A stretch of DNA of 64,000 nucleotides from Bdellovibrionota bacterium (GCA_963668355.1 OY764265.1:256001-320000); one strand, 5' to 3'. Shown: positions 21,286 through 36,543, counted from the stretch's first letter. Notes: generated by a model not told the origin, from the sequence alone. Translations and numbers: made by a program.

Positions 21286-21456
21286 ATGTTATGGACCATC
21301 GCGATCATTTTTATTTTGCTATGGGCTCTTGGACTGGCCACGTCTACTATGCTGGGTGGATACGTTCATCTGTTAGTCGTATTGGCTGTAGTACTCCTCC
21401 TATTTCGGATCATTCGTGGAAATCAAAGTGAGATTAAGCCGAAAGCAAGCGACTAA
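21286..21456 (+). CDS. lmo0937 family small membrane protein (copy 1), absent from ORF track
   Basis: Own translation MLWTIAIIFILLWALGLATSTMLGGYVHLLVVLAVVLLLFRIIRG...; GGAGGGAG RBS. Confidence 0.85.
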   Translation: MLWTIAIIFILLWALGLATSTMLGGYVHLLVVLAVVLLLFRIIRGNQSEIKPKASD

Positions 21457-21478
21457 GGTAAGCCCCCCAGGTGGACCA

Positions 21479-21958
21479 ATGAAAAGTACGATCATAGGCA
21501 TGGTTTTTCTCTTGGTTGGAGGGGTCGGGATGGTTTGCACGGCGGCCGAAGAGAAATCAGCGACCGAGCCGAAACACCTCGGAACCGTTGCGGTGAAACG
21601 CGAGAAGTTAAAAACGGAAACCAAGGAAGCGGGACGGGCGATGCAGGATTATGCCTACGCCGAGAAGACCCGTTTCGTCAATGAGATGAAAAGAGAACTT
21701 GGAAACATCCAAAAAGAGCTGGATCGACTTTCCGCCAAGGTCGAAAGATCCAGCGGAGCGGTAAAAGTTGATGCCAAGGCCAAGTTAAAAGTTGTTCAGG
21801 ATCAATCGTTCCAGGCAAAGAGGCAACTTGAGCAGTCGGAAAACGCTACCGAATCCTCGTGGGATGATATGAAAAGCGGCTTTTATAAGTCCTATGGAAT
21901 GTTGAAAAACTCCTTGAACCAGACACGTCAGTGGTTAAGCAAAAAGATCGCGCTTTAA
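21479..21958 (+). CDS. Secreted coiled-coil protein
   Basis: Signal peptide MKSTIIGMVFLLVGG...; C-terminal ATESSWDDMKSGF resembles the 20990 protein. Confidence 0.72.
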   Translation: MKSTIIGMVFLLVGGVGMVCTAAEEKSATEPKHLGTVAVKREKLKTETKEAGRAMQDYAYAEKTRFVNEMKRELGNIQKELDRLSAKVERSSGAVKVDAKAKLKVVQDQSFQAKRQLEQSENATESSWDDMKSGFYKSYGMLKNSLNQTRQWLSKKIAL

Positions 21959-22002
21959 CCGTCGACGTTACTAGACCCTTCTGCATGCTCTTCCAGCGGC
22001 TT

Positions 22003-23334
22003 TCAAACACGGGGGGCACTTGTCATGTCGAAAGTTTCGCGCACACGCTTCAATCGGCTCTCCATCCGTTGTCGATCTTGGGGGGATTCAACCGTGCGCC
22101 CAGCCAATTCGGCAGTCCATTGTATGTGCTCAAAAAGAACCCGCCGTCGGTTCGGGCTGTCCGTTTGACTCGCAATGGTTTGAAGCGCGCTAACCATTCG
22201 TAACATGATCGAGACATTGGCCGTGGCGCTACCCCGAATTTGATTGAAAGATTCAGCGACCAGACGGGAAAAGGTCGGTCCGATGGCGATAATCCTCAGC
22301 TCCCCATCCTCATAGCGGTGGGATGAAGGGATGTCCCGGGAGGCGAGCCGCGCCAGAATCGCCGTCAAATAATCCACGCACATCACGGCTGTTGTGGTGT
22401 CGTTGGTGCTCGGCGAGAGTGCGCGCAAGGCCATGTCCACAATCTGCCGGATGCCAAACGCAGCATCCTGTTCCAGCGTGCGGTGGCGGTTGATGCTGTA
22501 GGCCGTCTGCAGGTCAGAGATGATTTCTATGTCGGGAGAAACGTCCAGGGCCAGCGAGACGAGCGGAGTGTGCTCGACTATAAAATCGCCGATGCCGCGT
22601 TCCATCCGAACAATCGTGTTGTGTTCCCGTGCCACACGCAGAAGTGCCGCATTATCTACGCTTTGAATGTAACCATATTGTTTGGCCGGCACGACCTGCC
22701 ACTTTTTCTCCGAAAATAGGAGACGAGCCCGATCATCATCGTCGTCCACCGGCTCTTGTCCAAACTTTCCCGGGAAAAGGCGATCAACGGTGGTCATCGT
22801 TTCGTCGGCTACCGAAGCAATTATGCTTGACGCTTGAATCGAAGACGCGATGTGATGAATGAAGAAAATGAGAGCACCAATACCGCCGATCGCCAGCACG
22901 ACGCCGAAAGACACCGCCACACTCGGGATAAAGTCCCCCTCGGGTCCGCCGCGGATGGTTCGCAAAACGATCAAGCAATAGGTGAAAATGCCGGCAAAGA
23001 TTCCGAGGACGACCTGCGTGACACGGTCCCTCATGAAGTTTCGAAGGATGCGTGAGGTGTACTGGCTCGAGGCCAGGGTCAGGGTCACCAGGATCATCGA
23101 AAACGTGACCCCCATGACCGTCATCATGGATCCTGCGATCGTAGACAACATCCCGCGCGCGCCCTCAGCACTGGCACCAAATAGTCGGGGCCAATTCTCC
23201 AGCCATGGTTTGCTCTCAATGGAGTCCGTTTGAATCAGGGCCACCGCAAGCGCTATGCTGGCCGCAACCATAAGTGAAGGCAGAAACCAAAAGCTTCCCC
23301 GCAAGTTGATCAAGAACTGTCTGAATTTATGCAT
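22003..23334 (-). CDS. DUF2254 family membrane protein
   Basis: SFWFLP, GARGMLSTIAGSM, ASSQYTSR, GYIQ and RALSPSTNDTTTA motifs. Confidence 0.9.
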   Translation of the reverse strand: MHKFRQFLINLRGSFWFLPSLMVAASIALAVALIQTDSIESKPWLENWPRLFGASAEGARGMLSTIAGSMMTVMGVTFSMILVTLTLASSQYTSRILRNFMRDRVTQVVLGIFAGIFTYCLIVLRTIRGGPEGDFIPSVAVSFGVVLAIGGIGALIFFIHHIASSIQASSIIASVADETMTTVDRLFPGKFGQEPVDDDDDRARLLFSEKKWQVVPAKQYGYIQSVDNAALLRVAREHNTIVRMERGIGDFIVEHTPLVSLALDVSPDIEIISDLQTAYSINRHRTLEQDAAFGIRQIVDMALRALSPSTNDTTTAVMCVDYLTAILARLASRDIPSSHRYEDGELRIIAIGPTFSRLVAESFNQIRGSATANVSIMLRMVSALQTIASQTDSPNRRRVLFEHIQWTAELAGRTVESPQDRQRMESRLKRVRETFDMTSAPRV

Positions 23335-24239
23335 AGATCGACCCTTTGACCCTTTCCTTTGGACAGCGCTTCAAACCCGGAGATGACGTCGAACAATTCC
23401 TCGTCGATACTACTCTGACGCAAACGATGGAATGTTCCGTTGAGGTTCTTCAGTAATTCGTCGATGTTTTTGTCAGCACGTTGCATGGCCGCGAGGCGGC
23501 TTGCGTTCTCGCTGACGAGGGATTCGGCGCACGCCCTAAAGAGCGAGACGAAAAGATATTCGCGGATGAGGGCCCGCAAGGTCGCGGTTTCGCTACCCAT
23601 GACCTGGGGTAGGTTTTTGGACGGCCAGGGACGTTCGATCAGTTTGCGGCGCCAGTCTTCGTCCAGGGGTAGCAGTTGCTGACTAGAAGGAGCAAAGGTC
23701 GCCCCTGAGGTGGGACGATTGTAGAAAAGGTGAAGTTCGGTTACTCCACTTTGATGGAGGAGAGTGTCGCTCTCCACGAGAATCTGTCCAACGAGCGGGG
23801 TGATGGCCTTCACGGAGTTCGGCACAGTCAAAAGGCCATTTGGCGACAGACCGGCATCCGAAAGACGTGCGCACACGCGCTCGCCGACGGCCCAGATCTT
23901 GGGTTGGCCCGGTCGAGTTTCAAGGATCTTGACGGCAAAATCGGCCACGACATCATTAAACTGGCCCACCAGTCCTTGGTCGGAGCCGAACACAACCGCG
24001 CCGATCTCACTGGCTACGGTTCGTCTTTGACTTTCTGCGTTCAGAGTCGCGGGCCCGTTTTTCCGAAAGCATGCGCCCAAGCCTAGCTCTACGGTGCGAT
24101 CGTAGTCGGCCAACGCTTTAACTGATTTTTCGTATTGCCCGATGCTTGAGGCGGCCACGGCTTTCATCGTACGGACGACGGATTGGAGATCACTGGCTCC
24201 CTCAATTTTTCGGCGCAAAATCGCCGTGGTGTCACTCAT
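23310..24239 (-). CDS. atpG: N-type ATPase gamma subunit
   Basis: DLQSVVRTMKA, GSDQGLVGQFN, SENASRLAAMQRA and RQSSIDEEL motifs. Confidence 0.95.
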   Translation of the reverse strand: MSDTTAILRRKIEGASDLQSVVRTMKAVAASSIGQYEKSVKALADYDRTVELGLGACFRKNGPATLNAESQRRTVASEIGAVVFGSDQGLVGQFNDVVADFAVKILETRPGQPKIWAVGERVCARLSDAGLSPNGLLTVPNSVKAITPLVGQILVESDTLLHQSGVTELHLFYNRPTSGATFAPSSQQLLPLDEDWRRKLIERPWPSKNLPQVMGSETATLRALIREYLFVSLFRACAESLVSENASRLAAMQRADKNIDELLKNLNGTFHRLRQSSIDEELFDVISGFEALSKGKGQRVDLCINSDSS

Positions 24240-24604
24240 TCGGCCCCCGAGAGTTTGGTTTCGGAATGGGGAGGGTCAGTTCTCTGACTCTTGTTATCGA
24301 GGCGCCGCCCTTGCGTGTTCTCGATCAGTCTGGCCAACTTGTCGATGGCGCCATCTATGGCGTGGTCTAACGTTGTCGCCTGATGAGTAACCGCTATGGG
24401 TTGGCGTCCCTCGAGACGCGCTTCCATCATGCAACGCTTGTCGTGCGAGCCGATCTTGGGGCCGTTCTCATCGCTGAGGTGGACCTCCACTCGCGTGATG
24501 TGATCGCTCACTCGGCTCAGGGTGCTCTCCACTAGGCCACGGACGTGAGCGTCCAGTCCCTCGTGAACTTCGATGTTATGCCCGGAATTGATTAAGACTT
24601 GCAT
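24236..24604 (-). CDS. HPF/RaiA family ribosome-associated protein (copy 1, inside the atp operon)
   Basis: ITRVEVHLSDENG, DKRCMMEARL and AIDGAIDKL motifs; stop overlaps the atpG ATG. Confidence 0.9.
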   Translation of the reverse strand: MQVLINSGHNIEVHEGLDAHVRGLVESTLSRVSDHITRVEVHLSDENGPKIGSHDKRCMMEARLEGRQPIAVTHQATTLDHAIDGAIDKLARLIENTQGRRLDNKSQRTDPPHSETKLSGAE

Positions 24605-24673
24605 GGTGATCTCCTTTGGTGATGGTTTGAAAAAATGTAGGGGGGCGCCAGTTTCGACCTGTCGTGTGGTTGT

Positions 24674-26275
24674 TCATGCCATTTCTTTGGATCCTTCCTT
24701 GGGCTTGTCCGCACGTTGCGCCCCAGGCTCGATTTTGTCTTCAGGCTTGGGCTGGAATCTTTCAAGAGATTTGCGGGCGACTTCGATGATTGCTTTGCGA
24801 TCCTCATCACTCAATTCTTCAGAGGTCTCCAATCGCTTGAGGATCTCCTTTGGAAGTTCGGCCACCGCCTCGGCAGCGACGTGCTCCGCGTCGGTCATTT
24901 TATCCATCGGCACGTGATCAAACAGTTCTGCCGTTAACGCCAGCAAGATGGTGATCTGCTCGGGAACGGACACCGGGGCGAATTCCGGCTGCTTAAGGCA
25001 GCTCCGAATTCGGCGTCCGTGCTCGATGGTTTTGAGCGTGTCTTCATCCAGGCGGGCTCCGAACCGGGAAAAGGTTTCGAGTTCTTCAAACTGCGCGTAG
25101 GCGAGTTTGAGGTCGCCCGCCACCCCTCGGTAGGCCGGGCGCTGCGCTTTACCGCCAACGCGCGAAACCGATTTTCCGACATCGACCGCAGGAAGTACGC
25201 CCAATTCGAACAGCGACGGCGAAAGGTAAATTTGTCCATCCGTGATGGAAATTAAGTTGGTTGGAATGTAGGCGGAAATGTTTTGGGCTTCCGTCTCAAT
25301 GATGGGCAGGGCAGTGAGGGAGCCGCCTCCGCGTTCCTTGGCCAGATGCGTCGCCCGTTCCAGCAATCGCGAGTGAATATAAAAGATGTCACCAGGAAAG
25401 GCCTCCCGACCCGGAGGTCGGCGGAGCAATAGGGACAGCTCACGATAGGCGCGTGCGTGATGTGTAAGATCGTCATAGACGATCAATACGTCTCGGCCCG
25501 CCTCCATGAAAGACTCTGCGATACTGGTCGCGGCGTAAGGAGCGATGTAGGCGAGACCTGGAGGGTTGTTCCCCTCGGTCACGACCACGACGGTGTAATC
25601 CATGGCTTCCTTTTCACGCAAGGTTGCGACCGCCTTCGCTACAGCAGACGCCCGCTGGCCAATTGCGCAATAGACGCAGACGACATTTTGCCCCCGTTGG
25701 TTGAGAATCGTGTCGATGGCTATGGCGGTTTTGCCTGTCTGTCGGTCACCTAAAATCAATTCGCGCTGGCCGCGCCCGATGGGAATAAGCGCATCGATGA
25801 CCTTAAGACCGGTCTGCAGTGGAACCGTAACGGCCGCACGGTCCATGATCGGTGGGGCGGGACGTTCGATGGGTAGACGATGGCTAGAACCCACCGGGCC
25901 TTTGCCGTCAAGGGGCTGGCCGAGCGGGTCGATCACGCGACCCAGCAATTCATCTCCCACGCCCACATCCATAACCCGACCGGTGCGCTGGACTTCATCT
26001 CCCGCATGGAGATGCCAGTATTCACCAAGTAGAACCACGCCTATTTCGTCTTCGTCCACATTGAACGCGATGCCGGGTACATTTCCTGGAAACGTCACCA
26101 ACTCATCAAAGCCCACGCTGGGCAGACCCGACACTTTGGCAATGCCGGTAGCAACACTGATGATGGTGCCCACCTCGCGTGGCTTAAGTTCTAAAGTGAA
26201 GGCTTCCCGTATTTTGCTTATTCCAGCAAACGCGCCCTCAAAAATGGTTTGGAGACTTTCAGGTTCCATATTCAT
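24674..26275 (-). CDS. atpA: N-type ATPase alpha subunit
   Basis: [20 protein letters not shown] and SVSRVGG motifs. Confidence 0.97.
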   Translation of the reverse strand: MNMEPESLQTIFEGAFAGISKIREAFTLELKPREVGTIISVATGIAKVSGLPSVGFDELVTFPGNVPGIAFNVDEDEIGVVLLGEYWHLHAGDEVQRTGRVMDVGVGDELLGRVIDPLGQPLDGKGPVGSSHRLPIERPAPPIMDRAAVTVPLQTGLKVIDALIPIGRGQRELILGDRQTGKTAIAIDTILNQRGQNVVCVYCAIGQRASAVAKAVATLREKEAMDYTVVVVTEGNNPPGLAYIAPYAATSIAESFMEAGRDVLIVYDDLTHHARAYRELSLLLRRPPGREAFPGDIFYIHSRLLERATHLAKERGGGSLTALPIIETEAQNISAYIPTNLISITDGQIYLSPSLFELGVLPAVDVGKSVSRVGGKAQRPAYRGVAGDLKLAYAQFEELETFSRFGARLDEDTLKTIEHGRRIRSCLKQPEFAPVSVPEQITILLALTAELFDHVPMDKMTDAEHVAAEAVAELPKEILKRLETSEELSDEDRKAIIEVARKSLERFQPKPEDKIEPGAQRADKPKEGSKEMA

Positions 26276-27090
26276 GGACTCGTGGTTTCGGACTGAGGTT
26301 CGGCCTGGGTTTTCGCTTTTGCTTTAGGTTTTTCTTTCTCTTTCAAAAGTTCGGCGACGCCGTTTTCCAGCGACGTCAGATAATCTTCGATGCTCCACGC
26401 TACTTTTTGTCCGTTTGCGATTAGTTCGATTCCCGTGATCAAATCCGGTGCGGTCTCAAACCGGATGCGAATTGCGGCTGAGAACGTTTCGTTGAGCGCG
26501 TTCTGTATGGCCGCACGTTGTTTCTCACCCAGATCAAACGCGCTTCGCACGAGTATAGGATCCGGCCCTTTCTTAAGAACCTTGGCGAGAACTTCTTTTA
26601 CCTCGTCGGTCATCGCTCGCAAGCGGCTGACAAATAACTGTTCAAGACGTTCCTCCAAACTCGCTCCAGCGAGATCCGCCAACACCTTTCGCGCAATGGC
26701 AAAGACTTCCTGCTGTGTCTGGCGACGGATGGCTTGGTGTAAATTCCGTTCTTCGTTTCTCAACGTTTGCTGGCGCTTTGAAGCCAAGTCCGAGGCCGTC
26801 TTCCGGGCTTCGTCAAGGAGCCTCTGACGTTCGACGTTGGCCTCGTCGGTTGCTTTGCTTAAGCGTGCAGCACGCTGCTTATCAAACTCTTCGTTTTTGT
26901 CCTGGAATTCGTCGCGTTCCTTTTGGGCATCGGTCTTTTTTGCATCGGCATCCGCGAGTTCTTTAGCAATCCGTTTCTCTCGCGCGTCGATGGCGTGAAG
27001 GATTGGCTTATACAGAAAGCGCTTCATCAACCACACCAGGATGAGAAAGTTGAGGGCTTGTGCTCCGACGGTGAACCAGTCAATCAACAT
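26272..27090 (-). CDS. atpF: N-type ATPase b subunit (long, with delta-like C-terminal extension)
   Basis: [30 protein letters not shown]-terminal [12 protein letters not shown]. Confidence 0.93.
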   Translation of the reverse strand: MLIDWFTVGAQALNFLILVWLMKRFLYKPILHAIDAREKRIAKELADADAKKTDAQKERDEFQDKNEEFDKQRAARLSKATDEANVERQRLLDEARKTASDLASKRQQTLRNEERNLHQAIRRQTQQEVFAIARKVLADLAGASLEERLEQLFVSRLRAMTDEVKEVLAKVLKKGPDPILVRSAFDLGEKQRAAIQNALNETFSAAIRIRFETAPDLITGIELIANGQKVAWSIEDYLTSLENGVAELLKEKEKPKAKAKTQAEPQSETTSP

Positions 27091-27094
27091 CGGT

Positions 27095-27376
27095 TTACTT
27101 TCCAGCCGCTTGTTCGATGACGTGGTTCCAGAACGGGTTGGCAAAAATAAGAATCATCGAGACGACGAAACAATAGATGGCCGTGGACTCGATCATGGCT
27201 AAACCTACGAACAACGTTCGCGTGATGGTGGCGGAAGCGTCGGGCTGTTGGGCCAGGGAACTCAGCGCGTTCGAAACGGCCTTCCCTTCTGACAGAGCAG
27301 GTCCCATGGTTCCAAAACCTGTGGTGATGCCGGCCGTGACAATGGAAGCCACAGCAATGATGGTCATGTTATCCAT
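27095..27376 (-). CDS. atpE: N-type ATPase c subunit with Na+-binding signature
   Basis: GPALSEG (Glu in inner helix), QQP loop, MIESTAIY. Confidence 0.95.
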   Translation of the reverse strand: MDNMTIIAVASIVTAGITTGFGTMGPALSEGKAVSNALSSLAQQPDASATITRTLFVGLAMIESTAIYCFVVSMILIFANPFWNHVIEQAAGK

Positions 27377-27401
27377 AAAAATCTCCTTTTGGGGTTGTGA
27401 T

Positions 27402-28100
27402 TCATGCTCCCATTGCCTCTGGTTCAGGTTTGGGTCTGCGAACTTGTGTGGCGGCCGCGATGTACACGGCAGCTAGAATGCTAAAGATGTAGGCCTGCAC
27501 CATACCGGTGAGCAGACCGAGCACCGTCATGATGATCGGAAAAACGAATGGGGTGATGGTGAGAAGAATCGCGATAATCATCGCGCCGCTCATCATATTG
27601 CCGAACAGGCGAATGGCTAAAGCCAACGTGCGTGAAATTTCGCTGATGATGTTAAACGGCAACATGATGAACGTGGGTTCCATATAAGACTTGAGGTAGC
27701 CGCTTAACCCCTGGTCTTCGATGCCAAAGAACGGAACCGCCACAAACACGCAAAGCGCGAGCGCCGCCGTGGTAGAGAGCGATCCGGTCGGCGGCTCATA
27801 GCCCGGAATGACCGTGCAGAGACTGGCGACTCCGACAAAAAGAAAGAGTGTGCCCAAAAAACCCAGATATTTGTTCGGCTCACGTAATCCGACGTCTTCA
27901 ATTTGTTTCTCGATCCCGGTGACGATGATCTCCAGAAGGTTTTGCCAACGGGAACGTTGCAAACCTGTAGAAAGGTTTCGCGTGATCAAGAATGAAGTGA
28001 TCGTCATTACGAACATCAATCCCCACGTGAATACAATGGTGGCATTGAGTGTGAGAAACCCGTATTCCCAGAAGATGATCTCATCAGGACTAAGGCGCAT
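27402..28100 (-). CDS. atpB: N-type ATPase a subunit
   Basis: PPTGSL, SRTLALAIRLFGNM and VQAYIF motifs. Confidence 0.95.
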   Translation of the reverse strand: MRLSPDEIIFWEYGFLTLNATIVFTWGLMFVMTITSFLITRNLSTGLQRSRWQNLLEIIVTGIEKQIEDVGLREPNKYLGFLGTLFLFVGVASLCTVIPGYEPPTGSLSTTAALALCVFVAVPFFGIEDQGLSGYLKSYMEPTFIMLPFNIISEISRTLALAIRLFGNMMSGAMIIAILLTITPFVFPIIMTVLGLLTGMVQAYIFSILAAVYIAAATQVRRPKPEPEAMGA

Positions 28101-28407
28101 GGTTGGTCTCCTGCAATGGGGGGGATTGCTGTGCTCTTGACGGCCGGGTCAACCAGGTTATGAGGAGGCGCACCATGACAAAGCCAAGGAGGCCCGCCAA
28201 CAACCTCTCCCAATGACCCCCGCGCGCTAAAAGAAAGAAAGCAGTTAGAGCGATGCTCATTCGCAACAACAGGCTGCCGAAGAACCAAAGCGCCGACCGT
28301 TTAGACGAAACGCCCTTGCGGACGGTCCACCAGAGACCACCGAAGAATATCGCACCCAGCAAAATGCCCGCCATGAGAGCCAGGACTAGGTTCAAAGGTT
28401 CATTCAT
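28090..28407 (-). CDS. atpR: N-ATPase AtpR subunit
   Basis: FFGGLWWTV...SLLLR...GFVMVR; located between atpQ and atpB. Confidence 0.85.
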   Translation of the reverse strand: MNEPLNLVLALMAGILLGAIFFGGLWWTVRKGVSSKRSALWFFGSLLLRMSIALTAFFLLARGGHWERLLAGLLGFVMVRLLITWLTRPSRAQQSPPLQETNHAP

Positions 28408-28709
28408 GATGATCCTCTTGTTCTTCTCGCATGGCCTTGTCTTCCTTGGACATCCAATGCCACGCGTTTAGGCAGCCGATCGTGAGCCCTGCCACCAAAA
28501 GCGCCAGCGTCCACGAGTGGCTTCCGGCATATCTATGATCCAGCCAAATTCCCAGTGCGGCACCAAGCAGCGTCGGAACCACGACCGACCAACCGATCAG
28601 ACCCATCATGCCCAAGCCAAACCAGATACCCTGCCCGGGGTTGCGTCGTGCCTTAAGTTTGCGTTCCACCTTTGCGCCGATCTCTCGATGAAACGTGTAC
28701 GGGTTTTTC

Positions 28710-28717
<8 letters not shown>
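28400..28717 (-). CDS. atpQ: N-ATPase AtpQ (AtpZ/AtpI-like) subunit
   Basis: GLGMMGLIGWSVVVPTLLG.ALGIWLD and GCLNAWHW motifs. Confidence 0.85.
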
Positions 28718-32899
<4,182 letters not shown>

Positions 32900-32903
<4 letters not shown>

Positions 32904-34111
32904 AATTGCATCCTTTCTTTTTCGCCAAGGGCGAGCACGCGGCAAACCGTCTTTGCGATCATCTGTTCCTCGTCCGTGCGAATCAGACGCACCGTGGCCG
33001 AACTTGCGTTCGCGGAAATCACCTCCTCATTCGCGGCGTTTTGCTTTTCTTCGACTTCAATGCCAAGAAATCCAAGCCCATCACAAATCCGGGCGCGGAC
33101 GGAAGGTGCATTCTCTCCGATGCCGCCCGCAAACACTAGCGTGTCTAGTCCACTCAATGCGGCCGCGAATCCCCCTATCCATTTTTTGACTTGGTAGCAA
33201 AACAACGCGACCGCCTCAGCCGCGCGCACGTCCTGTCTTTCACGGTCGAGCAAGTCACGCATATCGGAACTGGTCTCCGATACTCCGAGCAGTCCAGACT
33301 GGGAATTGATCATTTCGTTGAATTCCTTTGCGCTCATGTTTTCGGTGCGCGCGAGATACCCAACCAATCCGGGATCGAGATCGCCTGAGCGGGTGCTCAT
33401 CGGCACTCCAGCCGTGGGCGTGAAGCCCATACTGGTGTCGATGCATTTTCCTTCACGCACGGCGGCCAGGCTCGCGCCGTTTCCAAGGTGGGCAAGGATC
33501 ACGCGGCCTTGAGCCGCTTCCGTTCCTGCCAACCGGGCCAGCTCTTCCATGAGAAAGGCATACGACAACCCATGAAACCCATATCGCCGCACTCCCTGAG
33601 TTTCGTAGCGGCGCGGGATCGGCAACAGTCGGGCCACGCGGGGTAGATCATGGTGAAAGGCCGTGTCAAAACACGCCACTTGGGGCAGGTCAGGGAATCG
33701 GCGACAAAATTCCTCGATTAAATGGATTTCCTCTGGCAGATGCTCCGGATCCAACGGACTTAAGCCGCGCAACTCCTCAATCATTTCCGCCGTAATTCGC
33801 CGTGGCTCGCTATACTTGGGACCGCCATGCACCACGCGATGCCCGACTGCGGCCAAGGCATTTCGCCCGCTGCGCTCCCCGATCCAATCCATCAGAATCC
33901 CTACCGCCTCCGCGTGATTATTTGCCGCCACTAACCGTGAAACGTTTTCTGCTTGGTTCGCCGCTTTCACGTTTAACGTGGCTTCCGGTAGTCCGATCCG
34001 TTCAATTCTGCCCTCCACAATCTGATGGAGTCCGTCGCTGGCATCAAACAGTGCGGACTTGATACTTGACGAGCCGCCATTGAGCGTCAGGATTGGAATC
34101 TCGCATTTCAT
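32900..34111 (-). CDS. ackA: Acetate/propionate kinase
   Basis: [35 protein letters not shown] and GGIGEN motifs. Confidence 0.95.
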
Positions 34112-34311
34112 TCGATTTTCTGCGGTGAAGACGCTTCCGAATCGACCCGTTCTTTTTTTGATTCGCGGCCCAGAGCTTCAATTTTGCTCAGGTCTGTATC
34201 AAACCCCGCAACCGAAAAGCCTTGGTTGGCCATGTTCCGCAAGAGATCGCGGCCGATGGGGCTCGACCCCAACCCGCTGATCTCGAGGGTTTGTGGTTCC
34301 TTTTTTGTCAT
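34108..34311 (-). pseudogene. 6-phosphogluconate dehydrogenase N-terminal remnant
   Basis: GLG...GRDLLRNMANQGFSVAGFD resembles the Gnd NADP-binding start; only 67 aa; retains GGAGG RBS and ATGA coupling to ackA. Confidence 0.7.
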
Positions 34312-34461
34312 TGCTTCACCTCCATAACGATTCTCCGCCTTCCGCGTTCCTTGGTAGAAGGACCTTTCAAGAGCACGCTCCTATTCAATTCAACCCTTGG
34401 GCTAGATCACGGCTCACCACATTTGAGAATACTTTTGATGTTTACAGGCACCTTCAATCAC

Positions 34462-34504
34462 CGACTATGAGGAAGTGTCGTCATATATCGTCGAAAAACC
34501 CGAC
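34462..34504 (-). promoter_or_regulatory. Island LysR-type motif copy B (gnd'-ackA-xfp-atp operon)
   Basis: cgactatgaggaagt-N13-gtcgaaaaacccgac. Confidence 0.8.
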
Positions 34505-34590
34505 ATATAAGATGCGCCCCGCCCTCTCGGGCGTCTCATGATTCCCCAGGTCTTTCGTATTCTTTCCCTCATGGGGGGATAAAATGTGGT

Positions 34591-35658
34591 ATGGCTCTCG
34601 TCGTGCCACGTATAATCTCAACCGGTACCGCGGTTCCTCCCCATGTCTTGCGCCAAAAAGACGCGCAGGACTTCGCCGTTCGAAGGTTTGGCCAGTTCTT
34701 CCCGGAAGAAATCGAACAGCTGACTGAAGTTTTCGATCATGCCCTGATTCAGACGCGATACATTTGTATGCCCATGGATTGGTTCGATGAGGAAAAATCT
34801 TTTTCCGAAAAGAATGATCTTTATATTCGCATGGCCGTGGAACTTTCAGCCAACGCTTCGCGCGTCGCTCTCGAACGTGCCGGTTGGACACCAAGCCAGG
34901 TGACTCACATCATTTTTCTTTCGAGCTCGGGTCTGGCCACCCCCAGTATCGACGCAAGATTGATTGGTTTACTGGGCATGCGACCGGAAACTCGACGCAC
35001 ACCAATTTGGGGCCTAGGTTGTGCCGGTGGGGCGGCGGGGATCTCCCATGCCTATCACGCGGCCTTAGGTGATCCCAAAAGTCGAATCCTTGTCGTGGCG
35101 ACCGACCTTTGTAGTCTTACGTTTAATTTTCAGGATTTCAGTAAAAGTAACCTGGTGGCTACCGCTTTATTTGGCGATGGAGCGGGGGCAACATGTATCG
35201 CCGGAGACGAAGTCGATCAGGCGGGCCTCGAAATCCGGGCCGCGGGGAGTTTTCTCTGGCCAGATTCCCTGGACGTCATGGGTTGGAACATTATGAATGC
35301 AGGCATGCAGGTTGTCTTCGCCAAAACCATTCCTGATATTGTTGCCCGAAATTCCCACGAAAACATCGGAAACTTCTTGGAACCGTTTGGTCTCACCATC
35401 GAGGATCTTTCCTACTTTGTCGCTCACCCAGGTGGCGTGAAAGTGTTGAAGGCCTACGAGGAAAGCCTTCGGCTTCCCCCTGAAACCCTGAACCTCTCAA
35501 GGGAAATCCTCCGAGATTTTGGGAATATGTCATCTTCGACCGTGCTATTTGTGCTCGACCGCTTCCTCGCGAAAGAGAGCTTGAAGTCACCAGCTCACGG
35601 TCTCATCACTGCCCTGGGACCGGGCTTTTCGGCCGAGAACATACTCTTTGAAACCTAA
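34591..35658 (+). CDS. Type III polyketide synthase (chalcone-synthase-like)
   Basis: Catalytic triad in GLGCAGG, HPGG and GNMSS; LFGDGA and GPGF motifs. Confidence 0.93.
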   Translation: MALVVPRIISTGTAVPPHVLRQKDAQDFAVRRFGQFFPEEIEQLTEVFDHALIQTRYICMPMDWFDEEKSFSEKNDLYIRMAVELSANASRVALERAGWTPSQVTHIIFLSSSGLATPSIDARLIGLLGMRPETRRTPIWGLGCAGGAAGISHAYHAALGDPKSRILVVATDLCSLTFNFQDFSKSNLVATALFGDGAGATCIAGDEVDQAGLEIRAAGSFLWPDSLDVMGWNIMNAGMQVVFAKTIPDIVARNSHENIGNFLEPFGLTIEDLSYFVAHPGGVKVLKAYEESLRLPPETLNLSREILRDFGNMSSSTVLFVLDRFLAKESLKSPAHGLITALGPGFSAENILFET

Positions 35659-35865
35659 AGGTGTTTGAATCAGGGAACGCCCGAATAACGGAAAAATCTG
35701 GTGTTTTCTGCACTACAACGTTTCTTTGTTGCAATGTTTTGGATCTAGTTTTTTAGTTCGTTGTAAAATCGACATTTAGATATAGGAATACAAATACGGG
35801 TACATTTGGACATGTTGGAAGATTGGTCTTTGGGATGGCCGTTTTTTCAGATAGACCTGGGCGCA

Positions 35866-36543
35866 ATGGGAAAAAAGCATTTTACTCAGCGTCTGAATTG
35901 GTTGCGGGCGAGCGTGCTTGGAGCCAATGATGGCATTATTTCTACGGCGAGTTTGATTTTGGGAGTCGCCGTAGCTGGGGAGCCAACCCGAAGTATTTTG
36001 ATTGCGGGTTCGGCAAGCTTAGTGGCCGGGGCCATTTCTATGGCCGCAGACGAATACGTTTCGGTCAGTTCTCAGGCGGATACCGAGAAAGCAGATCTAG
36101 AGAGGGAAAAAGAGGAACTCGACCAGAATCCCGAAGCCGAGAAAAAGGAGTTAACGAATATTTACGTCGAGCGGGGTCTTTCACGCAGTTTGGCCAAACC
36201 TGTTGCCGAGCAGTTGATGGAAAAAGACGCTTTAAAAGCGCATGCACGAGAAGAGTTGGGGATCATAGAAATCCATAAAGCCCGTCCGATTCAGGCAGCC
36301 CTTGCTTCTGCATCGGCATTTACGTTTGGCGCTTTGCTACCCCTGGCCTTGGCTTATGTGACGCCGGTATCCCAATTGCCGTTGGTGGTTTCTGGCGGCT
36401 CTTTACTCTTTCTCGGTTTGCTCGGGGGTCTCGCTGCAAAGTTTGGGGGAGCTCGCATTCTTGTGGGTGTAAGCCGAGTTATGTTTTGGGGAGTATTGGC
36501 AATGCTGTTGACATCCTTGATAGGATTTCTTCTAAGAGGCTAA
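35866..36543 (+). CDS. VIT1/CCC1 family Fe/Mn transporter
   Basis: LRASVLGANDG, EYVSVSSQ and HAREELG motifs. Confidence 0.92.
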   Translation: MGKKHFTQRLNWLRASVLGANDGIISTASLILGVAVAGEPTRSILIAGSASLVAGAISMAADEYVSVSSQADTEKADLEREKEELDQNPEAEKKELTNIYVERGLSRSLAKPVAEQLMEKDALKAHAREELGIIEIHKARPIQAALASASAFTFGALLPLALAYVTPVSQLPLVVSGGSLLFLGLLGGLAAKFGGARILVGVSRVMFWGVLAMLLTSLIGFLLRG

